Part shown: piece after piece, positions 11,363 through 20,157 of the stretch
Layout: every line of letters starts with the position of its first letter
Position numbering within the stretch: position 1 is the first letter of the stretch
From: Erysipelotrichaceae bacterium
GTDB lineage: Bacteria > Bacillota_I > Bacilli_A > Erysipelotrichales > Erysipelotrichaceae
Direction of reading: 5' to 3'
Assembly (NCBI GenBank): GCA_030604855.1
Contig: JAUVVC010000006.1
Coordinates: 30,001 to 62,000, forward strand
DNA: 32,000 nt
Translations under genes and position numbers: made by a program
Notes under the pieces: generated by a model
The model's input: the letters and a program-made list of their open reading frames with translations, nothing else
Databases searched by the model: none
What the model was told of the DNA's origin: nothing

Positions 11363-12457
11363 ATGAAAAACTTAGGGATTTCGATTTATCCGCAAAAAGC
11401 ATCACTTGAAAGAAATATCGCTTACGTGGAAGATGCCGCAGGCTTTGGCTTCAAACGCTTGTTTGTCGCACTCTTAGGCGCGGAGCCTTCACAAGAGGGT
11501 ATTCGTCGTGATTACGGTCCGATCCTGAAACGGGCTAAGGAATTGGGTTTTGAGATCTCCTGTGATGTGAATGGCGAGGTCATCAAGGCGGTATGTGGGG
11601 AAGGGTATTTTGGCAACTTCGACTTGAGCTTTTTTAAAGAGATGGGTGTAGACATCATTCGTTTCGATATGGGGATGAGTGAAATGGAGGAAGCTTTCTT
11701 CATACGCAACCCGTATGGCATCAAAGTAGAATTGAACATGTCGATGGAGATCGATCATGTCTCAGGTGTGCTCGCAATGGGCGCTCCAAAGGATAAAGTG
11801 ATGGGTTGCCATAACTATTATCCCCACGAATATACGGGATTATCGCTTGATTATTTCAATCGTTGCACGGCTATTTGGACTAAACACAATTTGAGAACGG
11901 CCGCCTTCATCTCAACACAATCCAATGAAAAATATGGTCCTTGGCCGATTTGTGATGGGTTACCGACCCTTGAGATGCATCGCCATCTTCCCATCACGAC
12001 ACAATTGAAACACTATGTAGGCATGGATACGATTGATGACATCTTCATCGGGGATGCGTTTGCGACGGTGGAAGAACTTGAAGCCTTGAGTAAAGTAAAC
12101 AAGAATACCATAGATTTAGAAGTGATACTTGTGGATGGCTTGAGTGAGATGTACAAGAAAATTTTGAAGATGCCTTTATCAAGAAGACCAGATACGAATG
12201 ATTACATCATCCGTACGATCGAAGGACGTTTGTTTTTACGTAATGAGGATATTCAAGCCTTCAATACAGTTGATATCAAACGTGGAGACATCTTGATTGA
12301 AAACAATCTCTATGGGCAATACAAAGGTGAGGTCCAAATCGCACTGAAAGACATGCATAACAGTGGTAGAACCAATGTGGTTGGACACATCATGGATTAT
12401 GAAGTTTTCTTGATTGAAACCATCAAGCCTGGTCAAGCTTTTGGCTTTTGTTTCTAG
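11363..12457 (+). CDS. mupG: DUF871 / MupG-family 6-phospho-N-acetylmuramidase-like protein
   Basis: The N-terminus 'LGISIYP' is typical of the family. 'CHNYYPHEYTGLS', 'GLPTLEMHR' and the C-terminal 'NNLYGQYKGEVQI' match my recollection of S. aureus MupG/DUF871. An alternative in-frame ATG at 11348 adds 5 aa. Neither start has an SD. Confidence 0.72.
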   Translation: MKNLGISIYPQKASLERNIAYVEDAAGFGFKRLFVALLGAEPSQEGIRRDYGPILKRAKELGFEISCDVNGEVIKAVCGEGYFGNFDLSFFKEMGVDIIRFDMGMSEMEEAFFIRNPYGIKVELNMSMEIDHVSGVLAMGAPKDKVMGCHNYYPHEYTGLSLDYFNRCTAIWTKHNLRTAAFISTQSNEKYGPWPICDGLPTLEMHRHLPITTQLKHYVGMDTIDDIFIGDAFATVEELEALSKVNKNTIDLEVILVDGLSEMYKKILKMPLSRRPDTNDYIIRTIEGRLFLRNEDIQAFNTVDIKRGDILIENNLYGQYKGEVQIALKDMHNSGRTNVVGHIMDYEVFLIETIKPGQAFGFCF

Positions 12458-12467
12458 AGCTTTCATG

Positions 12468-12496
12468 AAGACAGTCTCAAGTAGATTGTCTTTTTT
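12468..12496 (+). terminator. Probable terminator after the mupG-like gene
   Basis: aagaca ... tgtctt 6-bp stem with a 13-nt loop, running into tttttt (12491-12496). The large loop lowers confidence. Confidence 0.45.
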
Positions 12497-12497
12497 G

Positions 12498-12506
12498 TGA
12501 TACACT
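12498..12506 (+). promoter_or_regulatory. Extended -10 promoter (TGaTACACT) placed 7 nt before ATG 12514 (leaderless arrangement)
   Basis: ttttttgTGaTACACTgaaataaATG, with no SD between the box and the start codon. Confidence 0.5.
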
Positions 12507-12513
12507 GAAATAA

Positions 12514-13560
12514 ATGAAGAAGCTCTTTAGTCAGACTTGGTTCACGGTTCTGCTCATCTTAGGCTTGAGCGCGTTGGCACTCGGCTTGGCCCTATATGAC
12601 AGTTTTGACACCGTCATCGAGACTTTGACCAACATCAACCCATTCATACTCTTGATCATTGCCATTTGGGCTTTGGTTCCTTTCATGCTTCAAGGGTACA
12701 TTCTGATGCGGATGGCGAAACATCTTTACCCATCTTACCGTTTTCATGAAGGCTTCATCAATGCGCTGATTGGCGGTTTCATGTCGGGTGTCACCCCTTC
12801 AAGTACAGGGGGTCAAGTGGCACAAACCTATACCTTTAAAAAACAGGGTCTCAAAAGTTCTCAGGGTGCGGGGCTGATCTGGCTGGACTACTTTCTCTAC
12901 ACCATCAGTTTAGTGGTGCTTGCGTCGCTCTTGTTTCTAACCAATGTGTCGGAGTTCGCACACAGTTCAATCACTCTCATTTTTGGCTTAGGACTGTTGA
13001 TCAACATTCTCATCATTGTCTTTCTAGGTTTGATGGTTTTCTATCCAAAATTGTATCGTAAATTGATGACGGGCTTGATTCATTTCTCCGAGAAGATCAA
13101 ATTGGTCAAACAAAGAGGCAAGATCGTAGAAGCTTGGCACAAGATTTTGGATCACTTTTATGAAGCACAAAGTGTCATTACCGAAAATCGATCCTTACTC
13201 GGCAAACTTATCGGTTTGAATCTAGTCCGTTTATTGGTCTACTTTGCGACGCCCTTGATCATTGGACTTTTACTGCAAATAGAGATCCATTGGAACCAAG
13301 TCATTCATCTGATCGCCTTGGCATCCTTTGTCTCCATCGCCAACACCTTCGTTCCCTTACCTGGGGCAGCGGGGGCAACGGAGAGTCTGTTTGTCTTGAC
13401 CTTTTCAACCGTCATTGGCAAGGCCAGTGCCGCATCCATCATGATCCTCTGGCGGTTCTTCAGTTTTTATCAAATCCTCTTGATTGGTGGTATACTATTT
13501 TTTAAGGTCCGACATCAGTCGGATAAGGAGAAACAAGATGAAGAAAGTACTTATTATTAG
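12514..13560 (+). CDS. Flippase-like domain membrane protein (LPG_synthase_TM / UPF0104 family, MprF N-terminal-like)
   Basis: 348 aa, about 8 TM. Paired signatures 'GGFMSGVTPSSTGGQ' and 'VPLPGAAGATESLF' (P-x-x-GG-x-x-E type) are characteristic of this family. No synthase domain is attached. Confidence 0.7.
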   Translation: MKKLFSQTWFTVLLILGLSALALGLALYDSFDTVIETLTNINPFILLIIAIWALVPFMLQGYILMRMAKHLYPSYRFHEGFINALIGGFMSGVTPSSTGGQVAQTYTFKKQGLKSSQGAGLIWLDYFLYTISLVVLASLLFLTNVSEFAHSSITLIFGLGLLINILIIVFLGLMVFYPKLYRKLMTGLIHFSEKIKLVKQRGKIVEAWHKILDHFYEAQSVITENRSLLGKLIGLNLVRLLVYFATPLIIGLLLQIEIHWNQVIHLIALASFVSIANTFVPLPGAAGATESLFVLTFSTVIGKASAASIMILWRFFSFYQILLIGGILFFKVRHQSDKEKQDEESTYY

Positions 13561-13777
13561 TGTGTTCCTCTTAACTTTGACAGGCTGTAACTTACAAGTC
13601 ATCGATACGACTTGGAAATACGATTGGGCATACATCAATGTCGGGGATGAGACCATCCGTTGTGAAGTCAGCTCTTGGAAAGATTACACGGAGAGTGATA
13701 TGATTCAGGTTCGTTGTGAAGATGGACGTTCTTTCTTAGGCCACAGCTCTGCCATCATCTTGCAGAGTGGTGATTAG
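13538..13777 (+). CDS. Small lipoprotein (79 aa), unknown function
   Basis: SD TAAGGAG lies 7 nt before ATG 13538. The signal peptide MKKVLIISVFLLTLTG|C has lipobox L-T-G-C. It overlaps the 3' end of the preceding gene by 23 nt in another frame, so the listed 13484 start is rejected. Confidence 0.75.
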   Translation: MKKVLIISVFLLTLTGCNLQVIDTTWKYDWAYINVGDETIRCEVSSWKDYTESDMIQVRCEDGRSFLGHSSAIILQSGD

Positions 13778-14448
13778 TGGTCATCAAATATCTCAAAATC
13801 AATGATCTTGTCTTGGAATACACGATTCACTTTGAAGCGCGTCACAGCTTATCCATGCGTTTTCGGGATGAGCAACTGGTCGTCAAGGCGCCGTTGAACA
13901 TTCCCCTCAAGCTTCTGGATGATTGGATCGAATCCAAAAAGGATTGGATCCTCAGACAGTATCGTGTCCAACAGACCTTGAATCTCAACGACGATGAGAT
14001 GTGGTTCTTAAACAAGAAGATCAAACTTGAGTATCATGAGGCATTGCATTTCGCTTATCAAATCAATGATGGAACCATCCATATTCACCATCCGAAACGG
14101 ATGTTAAAGGAGAATGCTTATCTTAGGATGCGCATGATTTTGGCTGAGCAAATCATTCTACCCATTTTTCAGAGGATGATTGAAACAACTGGACTTCAAG
14201 CCAAAAGTGTATCCATCAAATCCATGAAACGCAGTTGGGGACGTTGTGATTCCAAACGAAACATTCGTTTGAATGAACGTTTGATTGAATGTGATCCACG
14301 TTTCATTGAGTATGTCTGTGTCCATGAATTGATGCATCTCAAACACATGAATCACTCCAAACAGTTCTATGCTTCAATTGAGAAGGTGTTGCCAGATTAT
14401 CAAAAAAGACGTCGTTTGACGCCTTATCAATATGCTTATTTGACTTGA
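13777..14448 (+). CDS. DUF45 / YgjP-like (M48/WLM-type) zinc metallopeptidase-fold protein
   Basis: 223 aa. 'SMKRSWGRCDSKRNIRLNERLI...FIEYVCVHELMHLKHMNHSKQF' is the DUF45 signature with HExxH. It has a GTG start overlapping the lipoprotein stop by 1 nt. Confidence 0.8.
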   Translation: MVIKYLKINDLVLEYTIHFEARHSLSMRFRDEQLVVKAPLNIPLKLLDDWIESKKDWILRQYRVQQTLNLNDDEMWFLNKKIKLEYHEALHFAYQINDGTIHIHHPKRMLKENAYLRMRMILAEQIILPIFQRMIETTGLQAKSVSIKSMKRSWGRCDSKRNIRLNERLIECDPRFIEYVCVHELMHLKHMNHSKQFYASIEKVLPDYQKRRRLTPYQYAYLT

Positions 14449-16073
14449 TGGTCTTTGATGACTTGGAGGAGTTCCGTTTCATTGGGTTCGATCATCAAAG
14501 TAGAATAATTACTTATGTTTACCATTCCGGGTTTCGCATCCGGAATTTTTTTAAGGTCTTTGACTTGAACCATCTGGACTTCGACTTTGGCTGTTCCACG
14601 TGCTTTTGAAAAATAGGCCGCAAAGCTCGCCGCAAGCTCAATCAGATCCTTATCCTCACTGTTTTGAAGCAAGACATGAGAACCATGATAAGCGGAGGCA
14701 TGGAACCAGAGATCCTTCTTTTGAGCGATCTTGAATGTGATTTGTTCATTTTGCAGGTTGTTTTTTCCAATGTAGATGCGCGCATCCCCGAAATGGACTT
14801 GGATGATGTTCAACTTCACTTCTTTCTTACGCTTAGGTGAATGTTTCTGCTTGAGATAGCCTTCTTTAACCAACTCTTCACGAATCTCGATCGCGTCACT
14901 CACACTGGCCAATTCGATCTGCTCACTTAAGCTCGTAAAATAGTTGATTTCATTTTGGTTCAATTCCAGTTGATGGCTGATGTGCACCTGGCCTTTTTTA
15001 CCTTTATTGTATTTCTGGTAATAACGTTGTGCGTTCTGTTTGCCATCGTATTTATCGTCTAAAGGGATGTGAATGATCGCATCGGTCTCAAAGTCTTGAG
15101 TTACAAATGACTTCGAACCTTTAGATACCTGCATGCCATAGGCATAAAGATAATCCCCATACGTACGCCATTTCTCGCAATCCAAAGCCTCATCCATGGC
15201 TTCCAAAAGTTTAGGGCGTTTCTGCTTGGCTTTCTTAAGCTCACGATTGATGAATTTGATCAGATCGCCACTGTGCTGCTTGATGCGCTCTTTTTCTTCC
15301 AAAGCTTGATAGACTTGATCCAAGCCTTCCATCAAGGGATATGAAGTGAAGCTTTGATTCAAATGACTAAGTTCGATGCAATGATAATCACTGGCTTTTT
15401 CATCCGACACGAAACAACGATCGGAATGCTCAATCTGTGCCATGATAGAGGAAAAGGATTCACCTTGTTTCAAACGATGATCAACTTCTCGTGCGAGTAA
15501 AGGTGAAAAACCATGGAACTGTTCCATTAACGAGAGGGTAGGATCAAAAGGATCTGTGAAAGGGTTCTTGCGATCGCTTTGCTCAGGATAATTGTAGGCT
15601 GCCCCTGGATGGATGGTGCGTTTGGTGTTCTCATACGGAGGAATGCGCTTCAAGGCATCGATTACACGATCCTGATCATCCACAAACACCACATTGGCAT
15701 ACTTGCCCATGAGTTCAATCATCAAACGATACGAATGGAGATCACCCAATTCATTGCGTTTTTGAATCTTGAGCTCCACGACCCGATCCAAGCCGATCTG
15801 TTGGATGCTTAAAATCAAGCCATCCTCCAGATGTTTCCTCAGAAGCATGACGAAATTACTCGGTTCTTGAGGGTATACGAAGTTCTGATTTGAGAATTGA
15901 AGACGATTGTGCACCGAGTGTGCCGATAAAAGCAACTGGAATTTAGCGTCGTGATTGCGCACGACAAAAACCAATTCATTCTCTGAGACATGATAGATCC
16001 TTTGAATCTTTAGGGGTGTCTGTGTGCTGAGTTGATGAAGGATACGATTTAAGAAGAGTCCGTCTAGTGCCAT
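14436..16073 (-). CDS. rqcH: RqcH (NFACT family; formerly fibronectin-binding protein A / YloA), ribosome-associated quality control
   Basis: 545 aa from ATG 16073. The N-terminus 'MALDGLFLNRILHQL' is the canonical NFACT-N start. The coiled-coil middle and the C-terminal NFACT-R region ('WFHASAYHGSHVLL') are present. The upstream part of the listed ORF (to 16304) overlaps the gmk promoter and start and is rejected. Confidence 0.9.
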   Translation of the reverse strand: MALDGLFLNRILHQLSTQTPLKIQRIYHVSENELVFVVRNHDAKFQLLLSAHSVHNRLQFSNQNFVYPQEPSNFVMLLRKHLEDGLILSIQQIGLDRVVELKIQKRNELGDLHSYRLMIELMGKYANVVFVDDQDRVIDALKRIPPYENTKRTIHPGAAYNYPEQSDRKNPFTDPFDPTLSLMEQFHGFSPLLAREVDHRLKQGESFSSIMAQIEHSDRCFVSDEKASDYHCIELSHLNQSFTSYPLMEGLDQVYQALEEKERIKQHSGDLIKFINRELKKAKQKRPKLLEAMDEALDCEKWRTYGDYLYAYGMQVSKGSKSFVTQDFETDAIIHIPLDDKYDGKQNAQRYYQKYNKGKKGQVHISHQLELNQNEINYFTSLSEQIELASVSDAIEIREELVKEGYLKQKHSPKRKKEVKLNIIQVHFGDARIYIGKNNLQNEQITFKIAQKKDLWFHASAYHGSHVLLQNSEDKDLIELAASFAAYFSKARGTAKVEVQMVQVKDLKKIPDAKPGMVNISNYSTLMIEPNETELLQVIKDHQVK

Positions 16074-16091
16074 AAGTGCCTCGTGTTGTCC

Positions 16092-16100
16092 ATTATACCA
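16092..16100 (-). promoter_or_regulatory. Extended -10 promoter (TGgTATAAT) for rqcH
   Basis: The minus strand reads ccaTGgTATAATggacaacacGAGGcacttATG, with the -10 box 18 nt upstream of ATG 16073 and a GAGG SD. Confidence 0.6.
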
Positions 16101-16120
16101 TGGACAAATAAGGTTTTGGA

Positions 16121-16149
16121 TTGACACCTTGGACTTGCTTGCGTATGAT
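16121..16149 (+). promoter_or_regulatory. SigA-type promoter for gmk
   Basis: TTGACA (16121-16126), 17-nt spacer, TATGAT (16144-16149). SD AAGAGGG lies about 7 nt before ATG 16171. Confidence 0.65.
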
Positions 16150-16170
16150 ATTCGATAAAGAGGGTACAAG

Positions 16171-16740
16171 ATGAAAAAAGGATTGTTGATTATATTAAGC
16201 GGACCCAGTGGTGTGGGCAAAGGTACCGTCCGAAGTTTATTCGTAGATGACCCTGCGTTGAATATCGCGTTCTCGATCTCGATGACGACACGTAAGCAGC
16301 GCAATGGAGAAAGAGATGGAGTGGATTATCACTTCGTCACGCAAGAACGTTTCAAAGAAGCCATTGAGAACGATGAGCTTTTGGAATATGCCGAGTTTGT
16401 TGGGAATTACTATGGAACACCTATGGACAAGGTTGAAGAATTACGTCTACAGGGCAAGAATGTGCTCTTGGAGATTGAAGTCCAAGGTGCGATTCAAGTT
16501 AAAGCCAAAGTTCCCGATGCCTTGACGATCTTCATTGTTCCACCGAGCATGGAAGAGTTGGCAAAACGCATCACCGGACGTAAGAGTGAAGCACCTGAAG
16601 TGGTCGCGAAGCGTTTGGAAAAAGCAAGCAAAGAGATGGAGTTGGTCGGTCAATACAAGTTTGTCGTATGCAACGATGATCCTAAACTTGCAGCTGAAAT
16701 CATCGCACTCATCATCAAAAGACATATGGAAATGGCTTAG
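16171..16740 (+). CDS. gmk: Guanylate kinase
   Basis: 189 aa. P-loop 'GPSGVGKGT', 'TTRKQRNGERDGVDYHFV' and 'YAEFVGNYYGT' are present. Confidence 0.96.
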   Translation: MKKGLLIILSGPSGVGKGTVRSLFVDDPALNIAFSISMTTRKQRNGERDGVDYHFVTQERFKEAIENDELLEYAEFVGNYYGTPMDKVEELRLQGKNVLLEIEVQGAIQVKAKVPDALTIFIVPPSMEELAKRITGRKSEAPEVVAKRLEKASKEMELVGQYKFVVCNDDPKLAAEIIALIIKRHMEMA

Positions 16741-16756
16741 CCTTCCATATTTTTTT
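16724..16756 (+). terminator. Weak AT-rich hairpin plus T tract overlapping the gmk stop
   Basis: atatggaa-11 nt loop-ttccatat followed by tttttt (16751-16756). The stem is AT-rich, so function is uncertain. Confidence 0.35.
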
Positions 16757-16759
16757 ATA

Positions 16760-16768
16760 TGGTATAAT
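16760..16768 (+). promoter_or_regulatory. Extended -10 promoter (TGgTATAAT) 6 nt before the priA ATG (leaderless arrangement)
   Basis: ttttttataTGgTATAATtgtttcATG with no SD. The A of the ATG sits where a transcription start is expected. Confidence 0.55.
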
Positions 16769-16774
16769 TGTTTC

Positions 16775-18913
16775 ATGACACAGCGCATTGATGTTTATAT
16801 CGAACATAAACACTATCAAATCAATCAAAAATACAGTTATTTAAGCGATGAATTCGTTCGTATTGGCATGCGAGTCCATGTCAACTTCAACAATCAATCG
16901 TGTGTCGCTTTTGTCGTGGATACACATGCATATGATCCAAATGAAGTCTTTCCTTATGAATTGAAATGGATCGAAGACCGCATCGACGATGAACCGATTC
17001 TCAATCAAGAATTATTAGATTTGGGATTGTGGATGTCTGAGATGACCTGCACACCTTTGATCAGTTGTTTTCTTGTCATGGTTCCCAAAGCCTTGCGCAT
17101 GTCTAAGACCAACATCAAGCCCCAAGTGGAGAAATGGCTTCATTTAGAGATGATTCCGGATAAAATCACGGTTAAACAAGCAATGATCATCGATGCTTTA
17201 CAGAACCAGGATTTACCAGCGAATCACTTCAAAGAATTGAGTGCGATTTGTAATCATCTTATCAAAAAAGGCATCCTACGTGCCTATCTTCAAGAGAAGA
17301 CCTATCAGGTTAAAGATTATACAGCCCACGCCAGACCCTATGCCTTAAGCCCAGCGCAGAATGCAGCACTTGAGCAGATCAAAGCAGCTCAGCAAACCGT
17401 CAGCTGCCTATTTGGCAAGACCGGTTCCGGTAAAACTGAACTTTATCTCACCATGGCAGAAGAAGCCATGCAGGAGGGATTCCAGAGTTTGATCATGGTT
17501 CCTGAAATCGCCTTGACGACACAAATGGTCGATCGGGTGACGGAACGCTTTGGGACGGATGTGGTGGTCTATCACTCGCATCTCAGTGATCATGAACGGT
17601 ATCTTCAATATAAACGGATTCAAAACAATGAAGCGAAATTGGTGGTCGGTACGCGTTCCGCCATCTTTTTACCGTTCAATAAACTTGCCATGATCGTCTT
17701 GGATGAAGAACACGACAGCTCTTATAAACAAGACACCATGCCCTTCTATCATACCCGGGACATTGCCATAAAACGTGCTGAACATTTCAATGCGAAAGTC
17801 ATCCTAGGCAGCGCATCCCCAAGTTTTGAGACCTTTGCGCGTGCGCAAAAGGGTGTCTATGCTTTGGTCGAACTTGAGGATCGCGTCAAAGGCAAACTCC
17901 CTCATATTCACTTGGTAAAGAACCCCGTCTCTTCTAAACAACGTTTAGCCAAAGAAACCAAAGCGTTGATTCAAGATGTCCTTGATCAAGGCAAACAGAT
18001 TGTGATTCTTTTGAATCGCAGAGGTTATGCGCCTGTCTTGCAGTGCACCGAGTGTCAAAAGACAGTGGACTGTGATGCCTGTGATCGCCCTTTGGTCTAT
18101 CACAAAAAGGATTCAAACATGAAATGCCATCTCTGTGGACATAGTGAAGCAATGCCTCGACTTTGTCCACACTGTGGAAGTCCCAATCTCAGAATGATGG
18201 GCTTGGGCACACAACGTGTTGAGGAGGAACTTCAAGAAGCGTTTCCACAGGCGCGCATCTTACGGATGGATAAAGATTCAACCCAAATCAAACACGGTCA
18301 CCAGAAGATCTTAGATCAATTCAACAAACATGAAGTGGACATTCTATTAGGAACACAGATGATAGCCAAAGGTTTGGATAATCCTTTGGTTGGGGCATCC
18401 ATCATCTTGAATGTGGATGTGGCACTGATGAAAACCGACTACCGTAGTGTTGAGGACGCTTTTGCCTTGATGCTTCAAACCGCAGGACGCAGTGGTCGTG
18501 GCGATGGGGAAGCAAAGGTCATCATTCAAACAGATCTTCAAAATCATATGGTGTATCCAGCCTTGCTTAATCATGATTTCAAACGCTTCTATGTGCAAGA
18601 GATGAAGTATCGCAAGATCGCACAAAATCCACCCTATGCTTATTTGATTAACTTGAGTCTCTATGGTAAAGATGAGCAAAAGCTCTATGCGAATGCTTTG
18701 CATCTCGTGCAGGCGTTACGGGACGAACAGATTAAGGTATTAGGTCCTAGTGATTTGGGCAAACGCATCCATATTTATACGCAACGGATTATCATCAAAG
18801 GAAAGGACCTCGATTTCATGCGTTCGCATTTAATGAAAGTCTTGAATAAAGAAGTGAAAACGCATAAGTGGGACTGCCTGATTGATGTCAATCCCTTGAA
18901 AGGACTCGAATGA
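16775..18913 (+). CDS. priA: Primosomal replication-restart helicase PriA
   Basis: 712 aa from ATG 16775. Walker A 'GKTGSGKTE', 'DEEH' box, and a Cys-rich zinc region (CTECQKTVDCDACDRPLVYH...CHLCGH...CPHCGS) are present. The listed start at 16535 would overlap gmk by 200 nt and is rejected. Confidence 0.93.
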   Translation: MTQRIDVYIEHKHYQINQKYSYLSDEFVRIGMRVHVNFNNQSCVAFVVDTHAYDPNEVFPYELKWIEDRIDDEPILNQELLDLGLWMSEMTCTPLISCFLVMVPKALRMSKTNIKPQVEKWLHLEMIPDKITVKQAMIIDALQNQDLPANHFKELSAICNHLIKKGILRAYLQEKTYQVKDYTAHARPYALSPAQNAALEQIKAAQQTVSCLFGKTGSGKTELYLTMAEEAMQEGFQSLIMVPEIALTTQMVDRVTERFGTDVVVYHSHLSDHERYLQYKRIQNNEAKLVVGTRSAIFLPFNKLAMIVLDEEHDSSYKQDTMPFYHTRDIAIKRAEHFNAKVILGSASPSFETFARAQKGVYALVELEDRVKGKLPHIHLVKNPVSSKQRLAKETKALIQDVLDQGKQIVILLNRRGYAPVLQCTECQKTVDCDACDRPLVYHKKDSNMKCHLCGHSEAMPRLCPHCGSPNLRMMGLGTQRVEEELQEAFPQARILRMDKDSTQIKHGHQKILDQFNKHEVDILLGTQMIAKGLDNPLVGASIILNVDVALMKTDYRSVEDAFALMLQTAGRSGRGDGEAKVIIQTDLQNHMVYPALLNHDFKRFYVQEMKYRKIAQNPPYAYLINLSLYGKDEQKLYANALHLVQALRDEQIKVLGPSDLGKRIHIYTQRIIIKGKDLDFMRSHLMKVLNKEVKTHKWDCLIDVNPLKGLE

Positions 18914-20154
18914 AAGCACGACGCTTAGCCTATGCCATCTTGAATGATGTGATCAATGAGAAACAATACGCCAATCTGGCGCTAAAACAACGACTCCAAG
19001 AGGTGGATCTCATCGATCAACCCTTGGTCACCTCGATTGTTTATACCACGCTTCAACACCAGCGTTTCTTACGCCACTTATGGCGTAGACATACCGTAAG
19101 CAAACCCGACAGGAGAGTCGCGGTTCTTTTGGACAGTGCTTGTGCGCAATTGGTCAAGATGGATCGTGTTCCAGACTATGCGGTTTTGAATGAGAGTGTT
19201 GAACTGTGTAAGGAAATTGAAAAACACAGTGTCAAGATGGTCAATGCGGTTTTGCATAAGGTTCTTCAAAATCCATTTGAAGTGGATCCAAGTTTAGATC
19301 CACTTGAAATCTATGCCATTGAAAAATCATTGCCGACATTCGTGATCAAGTTATGGATCAACCATTATGGAGAAGATCAGATGCGTAAGATGGCGGAGGC
19401 TTTGATGGAGCCTGCACGTTTGTGTGGACGCATCAATACGCTCAAGATCGATCCAGAAGAGGTGTTTGACAGCTATGGTGTTGAAAAAGGGATATTGAGT
19501 CCTATGGCATTTTATGTGGAAGACAATCTTTTACAGTCGGATTGGTTCAAAGAAGGAATGGTATGGATTCAAGATGAAGCCAGTCAAAGGGTCAGTGATT
19601 TCGTGGAAGCGAAACCTGGGATGAAAGTCTTGGACGCATGCAGTGCGCCTGGGACAAAAGCAGCGGGCATTGCTTGTCATATGCACAATGAAGGTTGGAT
19701 CGATGCGGTGGAGCTTCATGAAGCACGCAATCGATTGATTGAGCAGAAGATGCGTCAATTGGACATCGACATCGTACATGTGAAAACGATGGATGCACGA
19801 TCGATCCATACAGAGTTCAATCAAGATTATGATCGTGTCTTGTGCGATGTGCCCTGCAGTGGTTTAGGGGTCTTGCGTCGTAAGGCTGATATCAAACTGA
19901 GATTGAAACCTGAAGATTTGGATGCTTTGCAGAAACTGCAAGCCGAGATTTTGGAATCCGCACAAACTTGTTTGAAAGTGGATGGACTCTTGGTATATTC
20001 GACCTGCACCTTGAATCGTAAAGAAAATGAAGGTCAGATCAATCAATTCCTCAAGAAACATGATAATTATGTCTTGCTTGAGGATCAAACCATCTTTCCC
20101 GATCAATATGGAAGTGATGGTTTCTACATGGCGAAACTTAAACGAATTGCCTAA
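18910..20154 (+). CDS. rsmB: 16S rRNA (cytosine967-C5)-methyltransferase RsmB (Sun)
   Basis: 414 aa. N-terminal NusB-like domain, SAM site 'VLDACSAPGTK', and catalytic 'DVPCSGLGVLRR' and 'YSTCT' cysteines are present. ATGA overlap with priA. Confidence 0.9.
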   Translation: MKARRLAYAILNDVINEKQYANLALKQRLQEVDLIDQPLVTSIVYTTLQHQRFLRHLWRRHTVSKPDRRVAVLLDSACAQLVKMDRVPDYAVLNESVELCKEIEKHSVKMVNAVLHKVLQNPFEVDPSLDPLEIYAIEKSLPTFVIKLWINHYGEDQMRKMAEALMEPARLCGRINTLKIDPEEVFDSYGVEKGILSPMAFYVEDNLLQSDWFKEGMVWIQDEASQRVSDFVEAKPGMKVLDACSAPGTKAAGIACHMHNEGWIDAVELHEARNRLIEQKMRQLDIDIVHVKTMDARSIHTEFNQDYDRVLCDVPCSGLGVLRRKADIKLRLKPEDLDALQKLQAEILESAQTCLKVDGLLVYSTCTLNRKENEGQINQFLKKHDNYVLLEDQTIFPDQYGSDGFYMAKLKRIA

Positions 20155-20157
20155 ATA

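Noticed and set aside
16074-16304. Upstream extension of the rqcH ORF (622-aa version).
   Set aside because: It would run through the gmk promoter, SD and first 45 codons. The NFACT-N domain starts at 'MALDGLF' (ATG 16073), which has its own -10 box and SD.
16535-16774. Upstream extension of the priA ORF (792-aa version).
   Set aside because: It would overlap about 200 nt of gmk in another frame. The canonical PriA N-terminus begins at ATG 16775, right after a -10 box.
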